A stretch of DNA of 64,000 nucleotides, taken from positions 1 to 64,000 of the forward strand of contig NMRA01001000.1 of the NCBI GenBank assembly GCA_002633005.1. Reading direction: 5' to 3'. The notes beneath the pieces are model-generated. The model had not been told where the DNA came from and made no database searches. It saw only the letters and a program-made list of their open reading frames with translations. This document shows, one piece after another, positions 40,743 to 53,954 of the stretch. The translations under genes and the position numbers were made by a program. Within the stretch, counting starts at the first letter, position 1, and every line of letters starts with the position of its first letter. This DNA comes from Phoronis australis (Eukaryota; Animalia; Phoronida).

Positions 40743-40995
40743 AAATGAAGAGGGGGAGGAGTGTAGCAGAGATGACGCAGGTGATGATGAGCAGGCTTTA
40801 CACAAGGTGCCGTCAAAAAAGACGAGTCTGAAAAAAGAAATGCGGTACTTCCAGCAGTGGTTATCAAAGATCTTAAGAACATCAAACACGTATTTTATTG
40901 GCGGTGATCTGATGAATCCTGTGATATATTTCCACCTAACCAAGCTGTCGCCTGGTATTATAGGGGGAATCATTAGTGGGTTGACTTTCACTTAA
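40743..40995 (+). CDS. F-box/NuiA-like gene copy 1, terminal exon 5 (protein 308 aa)
   Basis: catgcag acceptor, phase 2; reads NEEGEECSRDDAGDDE...FQQWLSKILRTSNTYFIGGDLMNPVIYFHLTKLSPGIIGGIISGLTFT*. Confidence 0.88.
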
Positions 40996-41691
40996 ACGAG
41001 AAACAAATACCCTCGACATGGTAGTATTTCAATATCAGAAACATACTCATCAGTACTAGTATAGCTTGTCCACACGGTGGAGTTATATAGGCAGGTGTTC
41101 CTGTGGCGGGGAACATCACTTATAAATTGCATGGTTTTGGTTGACGTATTCTGAATGAAGAGCATCAATATAACCAGTTTTGGCTACATGCCACTTATAG
41201 CCAGTAAAGCTGGCTAGTCTTGTTTTAAAATGTTCTCGAAAACATCGTGTTTTAAAGAACGAATTATGGGTCTTATCTATAAAAATGTGGCTTCTTATTA
41301 AAAAACATTTATCTGTAGGATTCATTGGGTAAGGTTATGCTAGTATCTCAATAGGTGGAGCAACTGGACTGGTGAGCATCACTTTGTAGCCAAAACTGAC
41401 GTGTATTGTACTGACATCATCTGCTCATGTAACAACGTATGTCAAAAATATGGCATAATTTTGTAATATCAGGCAATGCCATGTAACCATTTCTGATCAT
41501 CATCATAACTGGGCTTTGTTTCTTTTGCTTCCCTTACTTGTAAGTCGTCTCTTTGCTCAGCTATTTTTTCATCAAACTCGCGATGTTGTTTGGTGAGCGT
41601 AGTGGTGGCCTAGCCACCTGTGTATGGATTGGGGGGAGTGTAGTGGTGGCCTAGTCACATGTGTATGGATTGGGGGGAGTGTTGCCATAAG

Positions 41692-41762
41692 CATGGGTAG
41701 CGCAGCACTGAAAAAATTGGGGGGCTATTGCTCCCTCAGCCTCCTAGGAGGTGCCACCTATG
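41692..41762. mobile_element. 71-bp MITE with 5-bp TSD (ataag)
   Basis: TIRs catgggtagcgc / gtgccacctatg; empty site gccataagtg at ~52074 in the paralogous unit. Confidence 0.8.
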
Positions 41763-43370
41763 ATAAGTGTGGATAATTTTATTCGTCTAGATTGACCAGG
41801 GTGGCGTGCAATAGGTTCATGTACATGACACAATGTGTGCTAAAATTTTGTGGTACTGAATTCATTACATATCTCAAGGAGTGAGCTTTCTTCTAGCAAT
41901 AAGTAAATTTTCAGTCATTTGTTGATATACTGAATTTTTTTCAACAGTTACTTATTATGATAATTTTGTAATTTTGTTATCTTTGTAGATCACCAAATTT
42001 TCCATTTAAAGTAAAGTGCTTTGCAATGACAACAACTCAGTTTTTATTAAAAAACAAAAACGTATTTTTCAAATTTTGTGTTCTGCCTTTTTAACGTTAA
42101 TTATTGCAATGTTTTTGTGGTACTCATAATGGTTGTCTTGACTTGCCATTATCCTGTGATGACAGGAGCCCTGTTCTCCATCTTGCTCGATAGTTTTCAA
42201 GGGCCTACAATTAGTACTGAGATGCAGAGGGGAGGGGGCACGTGAGTGCATTAAATACATGTACATACCACCCACTGCTTCTGGCAAGGGCGCAGTGGGA
42301 TTAGGAGAGTGTGTGGGTGTTGTCAGAAACATTTTGTAAATCAGCCTTCTACTCGAAGATGGGAAAGCAACACATGTATGGAGAATATAGATTACAAACC
42401 TCTGCACAACTCTACCTATTTTCCTCCAGATTCCGACACCGATACTTTAAGTCCGCATTTGATAAAACAGGTTCAAGGTAGGAACTCGGAAGTTGTGAGT
42501 TCAAACTTTTGATATTTCAAATGAGCTAAAAATGTGTCCCCTTTTTATATGGAACTGGCTCACTATCGAATTTGTTGGCAAATGACAACACACCTGCAAA
42601 TCTTTCACACGAGCGATTGTGGAGCACTTTTTTCAAATGAAACCTTTGAACTTCTATTCAGGATGATGATAAATATCCACTGTTTTGATTCAAGATTTTT
42701 CGTCCCTTCTTTATTAATACAGTTTTAACACTTTACAGTGCATCAAATCCACATCTATCAAGTATCACTTGGAAACCTGTGAGCAGTTAGGATTTGCATC
42801 AACTGACTTGGATTGTAAAGAGTGAAGTTTAATTACTCGAATCCTTCAGCCTCACAGTGTTTTGGATTTTTGTTTATCATGGTTGTCTATTCTAGTTTTA
42901 GGAGAAACATCTTTATGGTACACAGTCGCTATGGAAACAGTTATGCATGTCCACTTTCATACTTAACTGATTTTGGCCCTGTTTGCATCGATGAATCAGT
43001 GTTTTCATGCACATTCCACGTTACTTATTGTGCTAAAATGTTGATAGGATCAAGGTGGCTCACATGTTGAGATCACTTAGGAACACACAGCTACCGTAAG
43101 CTTGAAACGCACGCGTCCAAAAGATGGCATCTTTATTTCTTATGACGTTATGACTCAAGTGACACAGTTAGTTTTAAAGTGGAATCAATCAGTTGAATAG
43201 CATCGTGTACAAATGACAATGCTCCAATTGAAATGACTTGATATGTTTTATAGAACGATTGTCAAGTAATAAGAATCCTAAAACTATCACTTGTGGGGCA
43301 GCACAGGTTAGAATAATTCGAAAATAGGCTTAATTTGACATCGTTTCTTGATTAAAGCAATCTAGTTATA

Positions 43371-43776
43371 NNNNNNNNNNNNNNNNNNNNNNNNNNNNNN
43401 NNNNNNNNNNNNNNNNNNNNNNNNNNNNNNNNNNNNNNNNNNNNNNNNNNNNNNNNNNNNNNNNNNNNNNNNNNNNNNNNNNNNNNNNNNNNNNNNNNNN
43501 NNNNNNNNNNNNNNNNNNNNNNNNNNNNNNNNNNNNNNNNNNNNNNNNNNNNNNNNNNNNNNNNNNNNNNNNNNNNNNNNNNNNNNNNNNNNNNNNNNNN
43601 NNNNNNNNNNNNNNNNNNNNNNNNNNNNNNNNNNNNNNNNNNNNNNNNNNNNNNNNNNNNNNNNNNNNNNNNNNNNNNNNNNNNNNNNNNNNNNNNNNNN
43701 NNNNNNNNNNNNNNNNNNNNNNNNNNNNNNNNNNNNNNNNNNNNNNNNNNNNNNNNNNNNNNNNNNNNNNNNNNNA
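43371..43776. other. Assembly gap (N run)
   Basis: Run of N. Confidence 1.
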
Positions 43777-44794
43777 CCCCCCCCCCCCCGGCGCCCCCAT
43801 CCTTAGCCCTGGAGATCATTCCCAGTGGCATGCTCAACCCTAGGCCAATATAGTCTTATAGCGGCCAAATTTCTTTTCTGGGCGTCCCGGCGACCAGGGT
43901 TTGTGAGGTGTCGAGCAGACGAAGAAAAATAGGACAACCGGACAAAAGGGGGATGCTGCTGTAGTTAAAATTGCCCAAAAATCGCCCAATGAAAAGTGCC
44001 AGCGCAATGCCATCACATACGGCTTCTGAAGTGTCATTGAAATCCTGTCATTTTGGTGGTTCTCTCAAGTTGATCGGAAACGCTCTTCCTGTCATCTAAA
44101 AGTACTGAAAATCTTATCAATACTTTGAATAGGCCAGCGCACACGGTTGTGCACGGTACGTGTCGAATCCGTCTGAAAATTGATTGTTGGTGTCGCAAGA
44201 TCGTCAAACAACTTAGTCTTGTGTCAAGTTTCATTGTAATGCGGTCATCATATGATCTTTAGCTCTGGATATCACCGGAGCGGCTCTATCCCAAAAAAAA
44301 AAAAACAACACCGACTAAGCCCTGGCCGTGTTGGAGCTGAGGGCGAGGAAAAAGAGCCGAAAGAACTGAGATCACTAATTTGCAACGCTCTGTATAGTAT
44401 CTGACCAGAGCTGTTTGAGCGGGAAATCCGAACTATAAAGGAACTGAACAGCATGACAACCAGAAGTCATGATGCAGGTTTAACGCTCTTTTATCAGTTC
44501 CACCCCGGCGGTGAGCTTTCCGAAGCCCAAAGTCGCCTGGAAACAGGTCTGTGCGTCAGCTCATTGGAATTGTACACGCACCTTACACCAGTCACGAGTG
44601 AGCATACGGTCTAAAGTAGCTAGATCAGTGCATTTCTCAAGAAAGACATTGCGTCGGCATTGATGTCGTTCCCCACGACCAATACCCTATTTTACAACTT
44701 TTACAATCATATTGCATGTCGCACTCAATGTGCGAATCGATGGAGTCCTGTCACCCCCCGCATCTTCACCCGCCGGGCTACCGACGTCAATTCA

Positions 44795-45047
44795 CATGCG
44801 CGCACCCATCCTTATTAATATAGTGGGGGGAGGGCTCGAATCTCTGAAAAAATGGACCTTTTGCTAACAAAAAAGCGGGAGGACTAAAAAAGAACGGGGT
44901 ATCACATTCAGGTCTTAGTGAACTGTGCGTCTGTGCCTCTTTGGTGGTTTATGTCGCGTTTTCTCAGACCGTGCCTTTTTGTTTCTCTGAGGAGGACCCG
45001 AGGGAGGATCGTTCACCCCCCTCCCCCCGGCCCTGGGTGCGCACATG
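44795..45047. mobile_element. MITE with CATGCGCGCACCCA TIRs and 5-bp TSD (attca)
   Basis: attca|catgcgcgcaccca...tgggtgcgcacatg|attca. Confidence 0.85.
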
Positions 45048-45974
45048 ATTCAGTGGAATATTCCAGGATAATGCTAGGCCCTCTCCTCTTAACGATAAAA
45101 TCTGAACAAAGTGTTCATTTCACATTTCCATTGAGATCTATCAACGCAGACTATCACACGAACTTGCGCTTTGCCGGCCGTCACTCTCGGCGCCGAAAGG
45201 GAAAAACGATTCCTCATAAAATCATGCACAAACATAACATCTCGGTAGAAAAGCTCACGCACACTCACACCTCACTGTCGTGAACTTGTACAAAACTTAC
45301 GAAAGCTAATTAATCCCACTCCTGGATTACTATGATATAGTACCAAAGGCACTCAGGCCTCGGCATCTCAGCCAGTCCACGCTGAGCCGGTCACACTTAG
45401 ATCTTGGATATAGTCTCAATTGGAAGAAACTCATCCGTCGTCTTTACACATTCATTTATACTTTTACAGTCTTAAACAACAAAAACTATTATTCGAATAT
45501 CTGACTCTTGTAATATTTTGCCACGCCCACTGCAGGTCATCCGCTCCACTCAGTGCTGAGCGCGGCTTTTACGTTTTTCGCAATCATGATAAACATTATA
45601 ATAAAGCACAAAATCGGGAAAGTGAAGAAATCACCATACGCATAACTCCCCTATGTAAGTGAGCCCTATGGACGTGTGACAACACGAAGGAAACCGTTAT
45701 GACAGTCTCGAGTCCAGCTAATTGTTTGGCGTGGAGGATTGGAGCCGTCCGGCCGGCGTGCCTTGTTGCAGAGAAGGTCCAAGCTTTTAAAATCAACCGC
45801 CAGGTAGCGGAGCATGTAAACCGGAACTGAAAAGAGCCGATCAAGCAACAAAATAAGAAGTTCAACCTGAAGATAAAGACAATTAACCCCGGGCCTGCAG
45901 AGTTTTTGTTGAAGAGGACGAAATAACTGCCCTCCGGACCTGCAGATATTAATTATCGGCCGTCTCACCTGCCA

Positions 45975-45987
45975 ATGGCCAATACAG
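45975..45987 (+). CDS. F-box/NuiA-like gene copy 2, exon 1 (MANT)
   Basis: ATG GCC AAT ACA G|gtagtt. Confidence 0.75.
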
Positions 45988-46118
45988 GTAGTTCTGGGCA
46001 CAGACGACACGTCCTGACCTTAGCCTTGTTATACTAAATTATTTAGTCTAAATACAGCTGTATTTTGACGGTAGTCTTAGCAGAAAAAAATCAGCTAGCT
46101 GGCTGGCTAAAGCGTCCT

Positions 46119-46180
46119 CAGCTTCTGATCGTCCCCATATAGACACTAATAGACAGTGCACTGGGGACGATCAGAAGCTG
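46119..46180. repeat. Perfect 19-bp inverted repeat (small hairpin element) in intron 1 of copy 2
   Basis: cagcttctgatcgtcccca ... tggggacgatcagaagctg. Confidence 0.85.
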
Positions 46181-46281
46181 CAGAACGCCTGTGGTTCTGG
46201 GTATTGCGAGATGGAAGTTTCAATATTCAGATTATTCATCAGGATACACTCGACGTCTCGACGATACCCATCCCTTACCGG

Positions 46282-46415
46282 GACGTGCGTTCAGTAACGC
46301 TAGGACCTAGCTAAAATCTAGACAAAGTCACACGTTCTCATTTACACGGCAATATCTCACGTAATTTCGCAAAGTCTTGGTTTTTAGCGAGGTCCTAGCG
46401 TTACTGAATGGGAGG
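46282..46415. mobile_element. 134-bp MITE with an apparent 3-bp TSD (cgg)
   Basis: Perfect IR ttcagtaacgctaggacct/aggtcctagcgttactgaa; empty site cccttaccggtactgcattag at ~60861 in copy 3. Confidence 0.8.
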
Positions 46416-46939
46416 CGGTACTGCATTAGAAATATGCTTGTTTCATGGCACGTTTGTCAGTAGATTTGTACAAGTCCCACCAAACAATGAAACATGAAAA
46501 TTGATATTGAGTTCTATTGCGTTTGGGTGGAGTAAATAAATATTACTGCATTAACGATGACTTCCGCAGCCATGTGAGCACCTTAGATATATACATGTCC
46601 AAATTTGGCCGTTCCAAACATCCATCGTATCTGAGAAATGGGTTCATATGAAACTTTCATACACTATGCACTGTTTTCAAAAAGCTGTAAGGAATTATTT
46701 TTATGGTCCCTGACCTTTACATGAGGGGCTATCAAAAGTAGGACTTTTATGAAAGAAAAGTACGAAACTGCATAAAACGAAGACAAAATGTTAAGTTAGA
46801 GAAGCGTACTAACACCATTTTAGTATCCTTAGATAATTTCCCTGATGTGCTGTACAGTAGTATACACAATGTAAGCCAGGACATCCTAATGCATGAATTC
46901 TCGATGTCCTCTACATGGAAATTGTTTTATTTTTTTCAG

Positions 46940-47327
46940 TTTCCATCAATGGTTTGCCAGATTTTATTCAAGAAAGAATTTTCCTCAATCTTCACATCAA
47001 AGATGTATTCATATGTACTCAAGTCTGCTCTAAATGGAAAGATATCATTGAAAAGAACGTGTTTTGGAAGAGATTCATTGGACGATGGTTTGATATCACT
47101 GCTTCAGACCAGCTGCTGAGTCAGAGTGTTTTAAATGACTGGAAAAACCCAGAGGCATTCTTTCCGTACTTTACTGATGAGGGCGCTCCAAACTGCTGGG
47201 TGTTCAAACCGTATCCTGTGGTCTGGGGTTGTGGTGTCGCAGCCCCAAGGGACTTCTCACCAAATGAAACTGGCAACTCCAAAAACATTGCTGTGGCCCT
47301 GAGCAAGTTGACTGTCATGTCCAAAGG
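46940..47327 (+). CDS. F-box/NuiA-like gene copy 2, exon 2 (F-box)
   Basis: INGLPDFIQERIFLNLHIKDVFICTQVCSKWKDIIEKNVFWKR; same splice sites and length as copy 1. Confidence 0.92.
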
Positions 47328-48284
47328 GTAGTTACATGTATTTCATTGGTCAACTATTGTGTATCAAACCAGTGTTCTCTAAGACACTTTTTAACTGGTT
47401 GCCACGACCCGTTCGATTTTATCTCTGTCCTGTTTAAATAGCATGCGACACAATTTGAACATAAAGGTATAATTTTTCTGTATTTGTAATATAACATGCA
47501 TGTACTGCTCACTGTCTAAATGTTCAAAGTGCTTGTAAACGCATCTGTTTGAATTTTTTAGTGTGGAGAACACTGAAAATATCTGTGTGTTAATCCTTTG
47601 GAATTATGGGACGGACTATTTATTAGAATTCATGCTAGTTTGAAACGGGTATTCATTCTTAAAAGGTGCACATTTCTGCTGTTCTCTTGCTTGGCCTCCT
47701 TGACTTTGGAAATTACATGTTTGCCTTTATGAAAATGTCATTGGATTTATTAAACAAATGTGTAATCATGAAAACTCCAGCTTCTGTGATAGCACCCTAC
47801 ACGTAAGCGCTTAAAAGGTATCTTTTTGACTTTTCTCTTGAGGAGATTAGTTACACATGATACTAATGTACATCTTGAAAACCTTGACAATGTACTTAAG
47901 TTGACTATGTGTTGTTTCAGTTGATGTTTTTGTCTTGAAATTTGAAATGAAGGTGTATCCAACCAGTGAAACTTTGGGATATGACACTGTTAGCATTATG
48001 GGATGTGACACTGTTAGCCTTATGGGATATGACACTATTAGCACATAGGGGTCGTATGCTTCATTAGTAAAGCATAATTGTCAGCATTTTGGGCAGATTT
48101 CATTAATATGATACCATTAATACTATGGGGATTTTTTCATTGATATTGTTGGCATCATGGTGCTGTTAGCATTTTGGGTATTTTTCATAATACTTGGCTA
48201 TGTTTTATTCATACTTTTAGAATATCTTCCTTGTTCATCTGTTTATCCATTTCTCTGCATAATCACTTAGATCTTCTTTTACAG

Positions 48285-48387
48285 TATTTCAAAGTTTGAC
48301 TGCTTTGCTACAGCAGGTGCCACTGAAGCAGATGGTATTTTACAGACAATCCTGATGCCTTGGGATAAACAGTATATGCCTACACCT
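48285..48387 (+). CDS. F-box/NuiA-like gene copy 2, exon 3
   Basis: (G)ISKFDCFATAGATEADGILQTILMPWDKQYMPTP|gtgagt. Confidence 0.88.
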
Positions 48388-48744
48388 GTGAGTGATTCGT
48401 ACATGTATAAATTAAACATCCGGATTTGGATGTTTCAACTTGCATGTCAGAATTAGTATTTCCCAGTTCTGGGAACGTCAGTAAGTGTTCTTTAAAACCA
48501 GAGCAACATCAACGCTGACTGCCAGTTGTAACAAAAAATCCAAATACCCCCATTCTATTGACTGAGACTATGACTACTCACAAATTTGAGTTCTTATGAG
48601 GGTTGAAACATAATCAGTTTGGAGTCCTGAATAGAATGGTATTCAATTTGCCTATTCTTGGAATTTTTGAGCAGTTAGAAATTCGTAGCAAAGATTTTTT
48701 GTTTTCCTCATTCAGTGTGCAAACGTGTAGTAGTTAATAAAAAA

Positions 48745-49110
48745 ATCTCAGCTGCAAGAGTGCAACACCTAAATAATTAGCTGCATTAATGCAAAACCTA
48801 ATTTTTTATACTCAGCTGCAGTAGTGCAATACCTAAATACTCAGCTGCAGTTATGCAACACCTAATACTCAGCTGCAATAATGAAACCTTAGTAAATACT
48901 GTATTACACCTAATTACTCAGCTGCAATAATATTACACCCCAATACTCAGCTGCAATAATGAAACCCTAGTAAATACTGTATCACCTAATTACTCAGCTG
49001 CAATAATGTATCATCTAAATACTCAGCTGCAATAATAAAGCCCTAGTAAATACTGTAACACCTAAAGTACTCAGCTGCATATAATGAAGGACCTAAATAC
49101 TCAGCAGCAA
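48745..49110. repeat. Intronic minisatellite homologous to 37150-38030 (tactcagctgcaataat...acacctaa monomers)
   Basis: Direct inspection; same intron position as in copy 1. Confidence 0.8.
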
Positions 49111-50366
49111 TGCCAGTAGCAATACCAGCGTTCTCAGATTATATCTAGATAACTAGTTGATGGATGTCAGTGAAACATGAGACAAATGTATGATGGCAAT
49201 GCGCCGACACAATTTGCACCCTTGCAACCTAGTTGCAAAGCACATTTTATTAGTATAGAAGAGGTGGAAAACTGACTCCATCAGTGTTAATGTAATGGGT
49301 TGTCTTAATTACTTGTCACAGTAAGTGGTGGGAGTTGGTTTTGAGTGACGTCACTAAGTCACTGACAAGGCTATTTGGTATGGTGCTCAGTGGCACAGGA
49401 TCAGAACACACAGTCTGTTTCTGTAGAAGCTAATTGACATTACGCTACCTGACGGGGATTTGCGTGTGGCCATTTGTATTACGTGTCTTGTAAATTCTTT
49501 TAGCAATGCCAGACAGCGATTTACTTGCAGTTAAGGATAAATTGATGAGCTATTTTCAATTTTTTTCAGCACAAGTCAGAATAGATTGTGTAGGTTTCAT
49601 TTGAAAAGTAGCTATGCTTTGTGATTGTGGGTTGGGCGATAATTGGTTGACTCCATTAATTGCGCAAAAACCATTCATTAGCACCAGTGGAGAGTGCTAT
49701 TGTGACCTGCAACTACACCAACTTCTCCTGTGGGAATAATTTCAACTAAGTTGCGATTAACAATCAAAGTCATTTCAAAATCAATTATTGGCATGCTATG
49801 GCTGCAACTCTCACGACACTCCTGTTGGTCATTCCTGTGGCTACTTGGTGGTCATAATGGTTTGTGATGCGACGCGAGTTGATAGAATCTTGTTACCCAT
49901 GATGCACAAGATCAGACTTTTGGCCATTGGGTTACTTATGTATTTTGACCTTTGCCGTTGCAAAATCCTTTCTCGAATCTATGGGACAATCTCAATACAA
50001 TTCCTTCAGTGCACTGAAACAGGACCTAACTTCCCTCTCAAAATCCACCGGACAATTTCTTAAACAGCCAAGTAAATTATAATAATGCTCTTACATAACC
50101 CTTGGCTTACAAGGACTTCATGCTTTTGCTGAACTGTATTATTAGCTGTAGATTTGCCTTGAAATATGAGGTCGTCCACCCTTGTCATGACCTGTGTAAA
50201 ATAGTAACAAACTGTTGTCAGCAAGCAAGTTTCTACTATTAAAAGAACATATACAGTGATAGAAACTTTATTTACTTATCCCACAGATAAAATTTGATAT
50301 TTATTCTAAATCTGATAATGACCTGTGACACAAACAATTGCAAAATAAGATGTTGATTTGTTTCAG

Positions 50367-50539
50367 GAAGACCTGCAGAATCTCCTACATATCAACCCTG
50401 AGGTCATGGATTATGACTCCAGTAACAGCAATTCTCAATTTACCGCTTCACTATTGCGCGGCACGTTTGGAATGAGAAACCTCATTGATCTTCCCACCGA
50501 TGGTGATTATGATGATGAGGAGGAGGAAGAGGAGGATGA
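50367..50539 (+). CDS. F-box/NuiA-like gene copy 2, exon 4
   Basis: EDLQNLLHINPEVMDYDSSNSNSQFTASLLRG...DYDDEEEEEED, ending GA|gtaagt. Confidence 0.88.
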
Positions 50540-51162
50540 GTAAGTATGTGACCACCAGGTGTCGCTGAACAGTCGTTTGCTGTTTTGTGTAGTCAGATGC
50601 CATCTTGTAGAACAAAACTGAACACTGCTGTCATTCTTATATAAATCTTACAAACAAGCAACTAAATGAATAAACAGATTACCAAAATTTACCGTTTGCA
50701 GCCTGAGCATCGTATTTCAGTTTTTTTTTAAAATGTTGTCTCTAGTTACCTGAAAAACGTCATGTCATGTCTGGATCAAAAAGTTTTATTTTCTCATTTT
50801 CTTTAAAGTGCTTTTCCGTGTACAAGTCATGTGCCATAGGTGATAATGTTTTGTCATGGGCGGTGCACCATGGAGGGGGGCTGGGGGCGGGGCTATACAT
50901 ATGTAGCTACCCACTTATTTTAGTGCTGCGCCACCATGTTTGTTATTTGCGGGCATTCACAACAATATTTTTGTTCAACATTGATGAAGTTGCATCTTCA
51001 ACACACCATAACATCACGTCAGTGTCCTGTGCCTGGTGTCATTTTATTTTATTACTCTATGTCAGTTTTTTTATAGTTATATAGATTTAAATACATATTT
51101 TCTGCTCGAAGTGTGACTTGTCTGTAAAGTTAATTGAAATGTGTTTCTTTGTGATCATGCAG

Positions 51163-51415
51163 AGATGAAGAGGGGGAGGAGTGTTGCGGAGGTGATGGAG
51201 TCGATGATGAACAGGTCACACACCAGGTGCCATCGAGAAAGACGAAGCTGAACAAAGAAAAGCGGGACTTCCAGCAGTGGTTAGCAAAGATCTTAAGTAC
51301 ATCAAACACATATTTTTTTGGCGAAAACCTGATGAACCCTGTACTATATTTCCACCTAACCAAGCTGTCGCCTGGTATTATAGGGGGAATCATTAGTGGA
51401 TTGATTTTCACTTAA
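51163..51415 (+). CDS. F-box/NuiA-like gene copy 2, terminal exon 5 (protein 309 aa)
   Basis: DEEGEECCGGDGVDDE...FQQWLAKILSTSNTYFFGENLMNPVLYFHLTKLSPGIIGGIISGLIFT*. Confidence 0.88.
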
Positions 51416-53954
51416 GTGAGAAACAAATACCCCTGATTTGGGAGTATTTCAGTATCAGAAACATTACTCATCTGTATAGCTTGTCCACTCAGTGGAGGTA
51501 GGTAGGTGTTCCTGTGGTGGGGAACATCAACCATAGGTTGGTTTTGGTAGACCTATTCAGGATAGAGAGCCTCAATTTTTGAAACTTTTAACCAGTTGTG
51601 GCTACAGGCCACTTATAGCCAGTAAAGCTGGCCAGTCTTGTTTTGAAATGTGCTCACAATCATCATGTTTTAAAGAACAAATTATGGATCTTGTCTATAA
51701 AAATGTGGCTTCGTATTAAAACAACATTTAGCTGTGGGATTTATTGGGTAATGTTCTGCTAATATCCCAGTAGGCGGAGCAACTGGACTGGTGAGCATCA
51801 CTTTGTAGCCAAAACTGACGTCTATTGTACTGACATCATCTGCTCATGTAACCACCTGTGGTTTGTTTAGACGCAAACATGTAATGTCGGGCATAAAGCA
51901 ATGCCATGCAACCATTTATGATCATGATAAATGGGCTTTGTTCTGCTTTCATTACTCTTAAATTGTCTCTCTGCCCTGCTGTATTTTCACCGGATTCGCG
52001 AAATGTTGATTTTCACACTTTTGGTGAGCCAGGTGGTGGTCTATCCACCTGCGACTGTGATTGTTGGAAGTTTGCCATAAGTGAGGATAATTGTATTTGT
52101 TTGGCTAGGGTGATGCAATACCTCCACATATACAGTGTATGACACAATGTGTTCTCTTATTTTGTGTTACTGGATTCATTACACATCTCAAGGAATGAGA
52201 TTTCTTCTTGCAATAAATTAATTTTCAGTCATTTGTTGATGTACTGAAATTTTTTTGTCTTATGTAATTTTGTAACTTTGTTATCTTTGTAGTTTTTACC
52301 AAATTATCCATTTAAAATAAAGTGCTTTGCAATGACAACAACTGTTTTATTAAAAACCAAAACCAAAATTTTCAAATTTTTGTTCTGTCTTTTTAATGTT
52401 CATTATTGCAACATTTTTATCTAAATTCTGATGGTTGTCTTGACTTGCTGCCCATTCTGTAGTAACGATGCCAGCCCTGTTCTCCATCTTGCTCATAGTT
52501 CTCAAGGGCCTACAATTAGCAGATGCAGGGGGAGTGAACAGTGTGCTTTTAATGCATTTCACCCAGAATGCCTGCTTGTGGTAGGGGGCGCAGTACGATT
52601 AGGAGGGTGTGTGTGGGCGTTGTCGGGGACATTTTGTAAACACGCAATTTAAGGCCATATCGGCTTAGGTAAGTATTTTGCCATACAGAACGACAACAGC
52701 AAAAAAACGTCCTTCTACATGTACTTGTAGATGGCAAAGTAACATTTTGTGTGGAGAAAATAGATGGCAAACCTCTTGCACAACTCTCCTTACTTCCTTT
52801 CAGATTCCCACACGATATTTTAAGTCTCCATTTGACAAGTAGGAACTCGAAGTTGGGAGTTCAATCTATATTTAGTATTTCAAATTAGCTAAAATGTATC
52901 CTCTTATTATATGGAACTGACGTTGCTGTCCTGTTCGTTGGCAAGTGACAATACACTTGCAAATCTTTCATATGAGCAATTGGGGACCACTTGTTTTTAA
53001 TGCAATTTAGTGTGTTTTTCGCGTTCTAAGTCTCTTGAAAAGTCCGAGTAAACGAGACAAATGTCCACAGGAATTCTGCGCGGATGCACAATTCCTAGGC
53101 CTGAACCAAGTGGCCCCGATTTTTTTTAGTCCTCGTTGATTTTTGTCAGTAAAAGGTCCGCATACCGAAAAATTCGAGCCCCCCTATATTTTAGGCTGGG
53201 TGCGCGCATGCTGTAAGGAATACTCTTTGTGTTTCAATGCTAAGTGCCCATTCAAGTGACCATGCGCAGTGCTAAAAAATTAGTTGAAATTATTTTGGAA
53301 TCGTTTTTGTTTGAAAGTCAATTTTTCATGAGATCGGATGAGTCATAGTAGAACTAAACATGGTTTTATTTTTCAAAATTTAATGTATAAATTGTGCTTT
53401 TAATTCGTGTTTTTAACTTTCAACTTCACAAAGTAACAAAATGTGAAGAATTTTAATTTTTTTGTTGTTACGGACATAGGCTACACTTGGGTCACGAAGT
53501 GTGAAGCTTCATTCGATCTCTTCACCATCACAGCTTTTCAGTGATTTTTAATTATCGTGCTATTCAAATTCTAGGAGAAACGCGTTTATGGTACACAGTC
53601 GCCTTGGTAACAGTTCTGCATTTCCACTTTCATACTTAAAACGTGATTTTGGTCCTGTTTGCATTGCTGAATTGTTCCCATGTACATTCCACGTTACTTA
53701 TTGTGCTAAAATGTTGATACGGGTAGGATCGTTTTGACATGTTGAGATCACTTCGGAATAACAAGTTACCATGAAAATTTGTTTTTAAGAGATGGTATTT
53801 TATCTCTCTTCCAACTTCTGCTGTCATATCTTGCTTATCGTACTCACAAAGTGCGGGTCGGTGGAGTCCTGTAACCCTCATCTTCACCCGGCTAGGTGAA
53901 TGCTGGAGTACATAAATTATCAGGATAGCGCACTAGGCCATCTCCTCTCGGACA

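Noticed and set aside
41050-41460. Conserved protein-like sequence downstream of each exon 5 (xADD word on the minus strand, ankyrin-like GYRPLIASKAG on the plus strand)
   Set aside because: Stops and frameshifts differ among copies and no family is recognisable; treated as 3' UTR or an old relic.
43352-43837. Long ORFs of 161 and 144 aa
   Set aside because: Artefacts of the N gap.
46915-46939. In-frame ATG/TTG starts directly before exon 2 (MEIVLFFS, MNSQCPL..., TTG at 35385)
   Set aside because: Not conserved between copies and they run through the polypyrimidine tract; a conserved phase-1 micro-exon upstream fits better.
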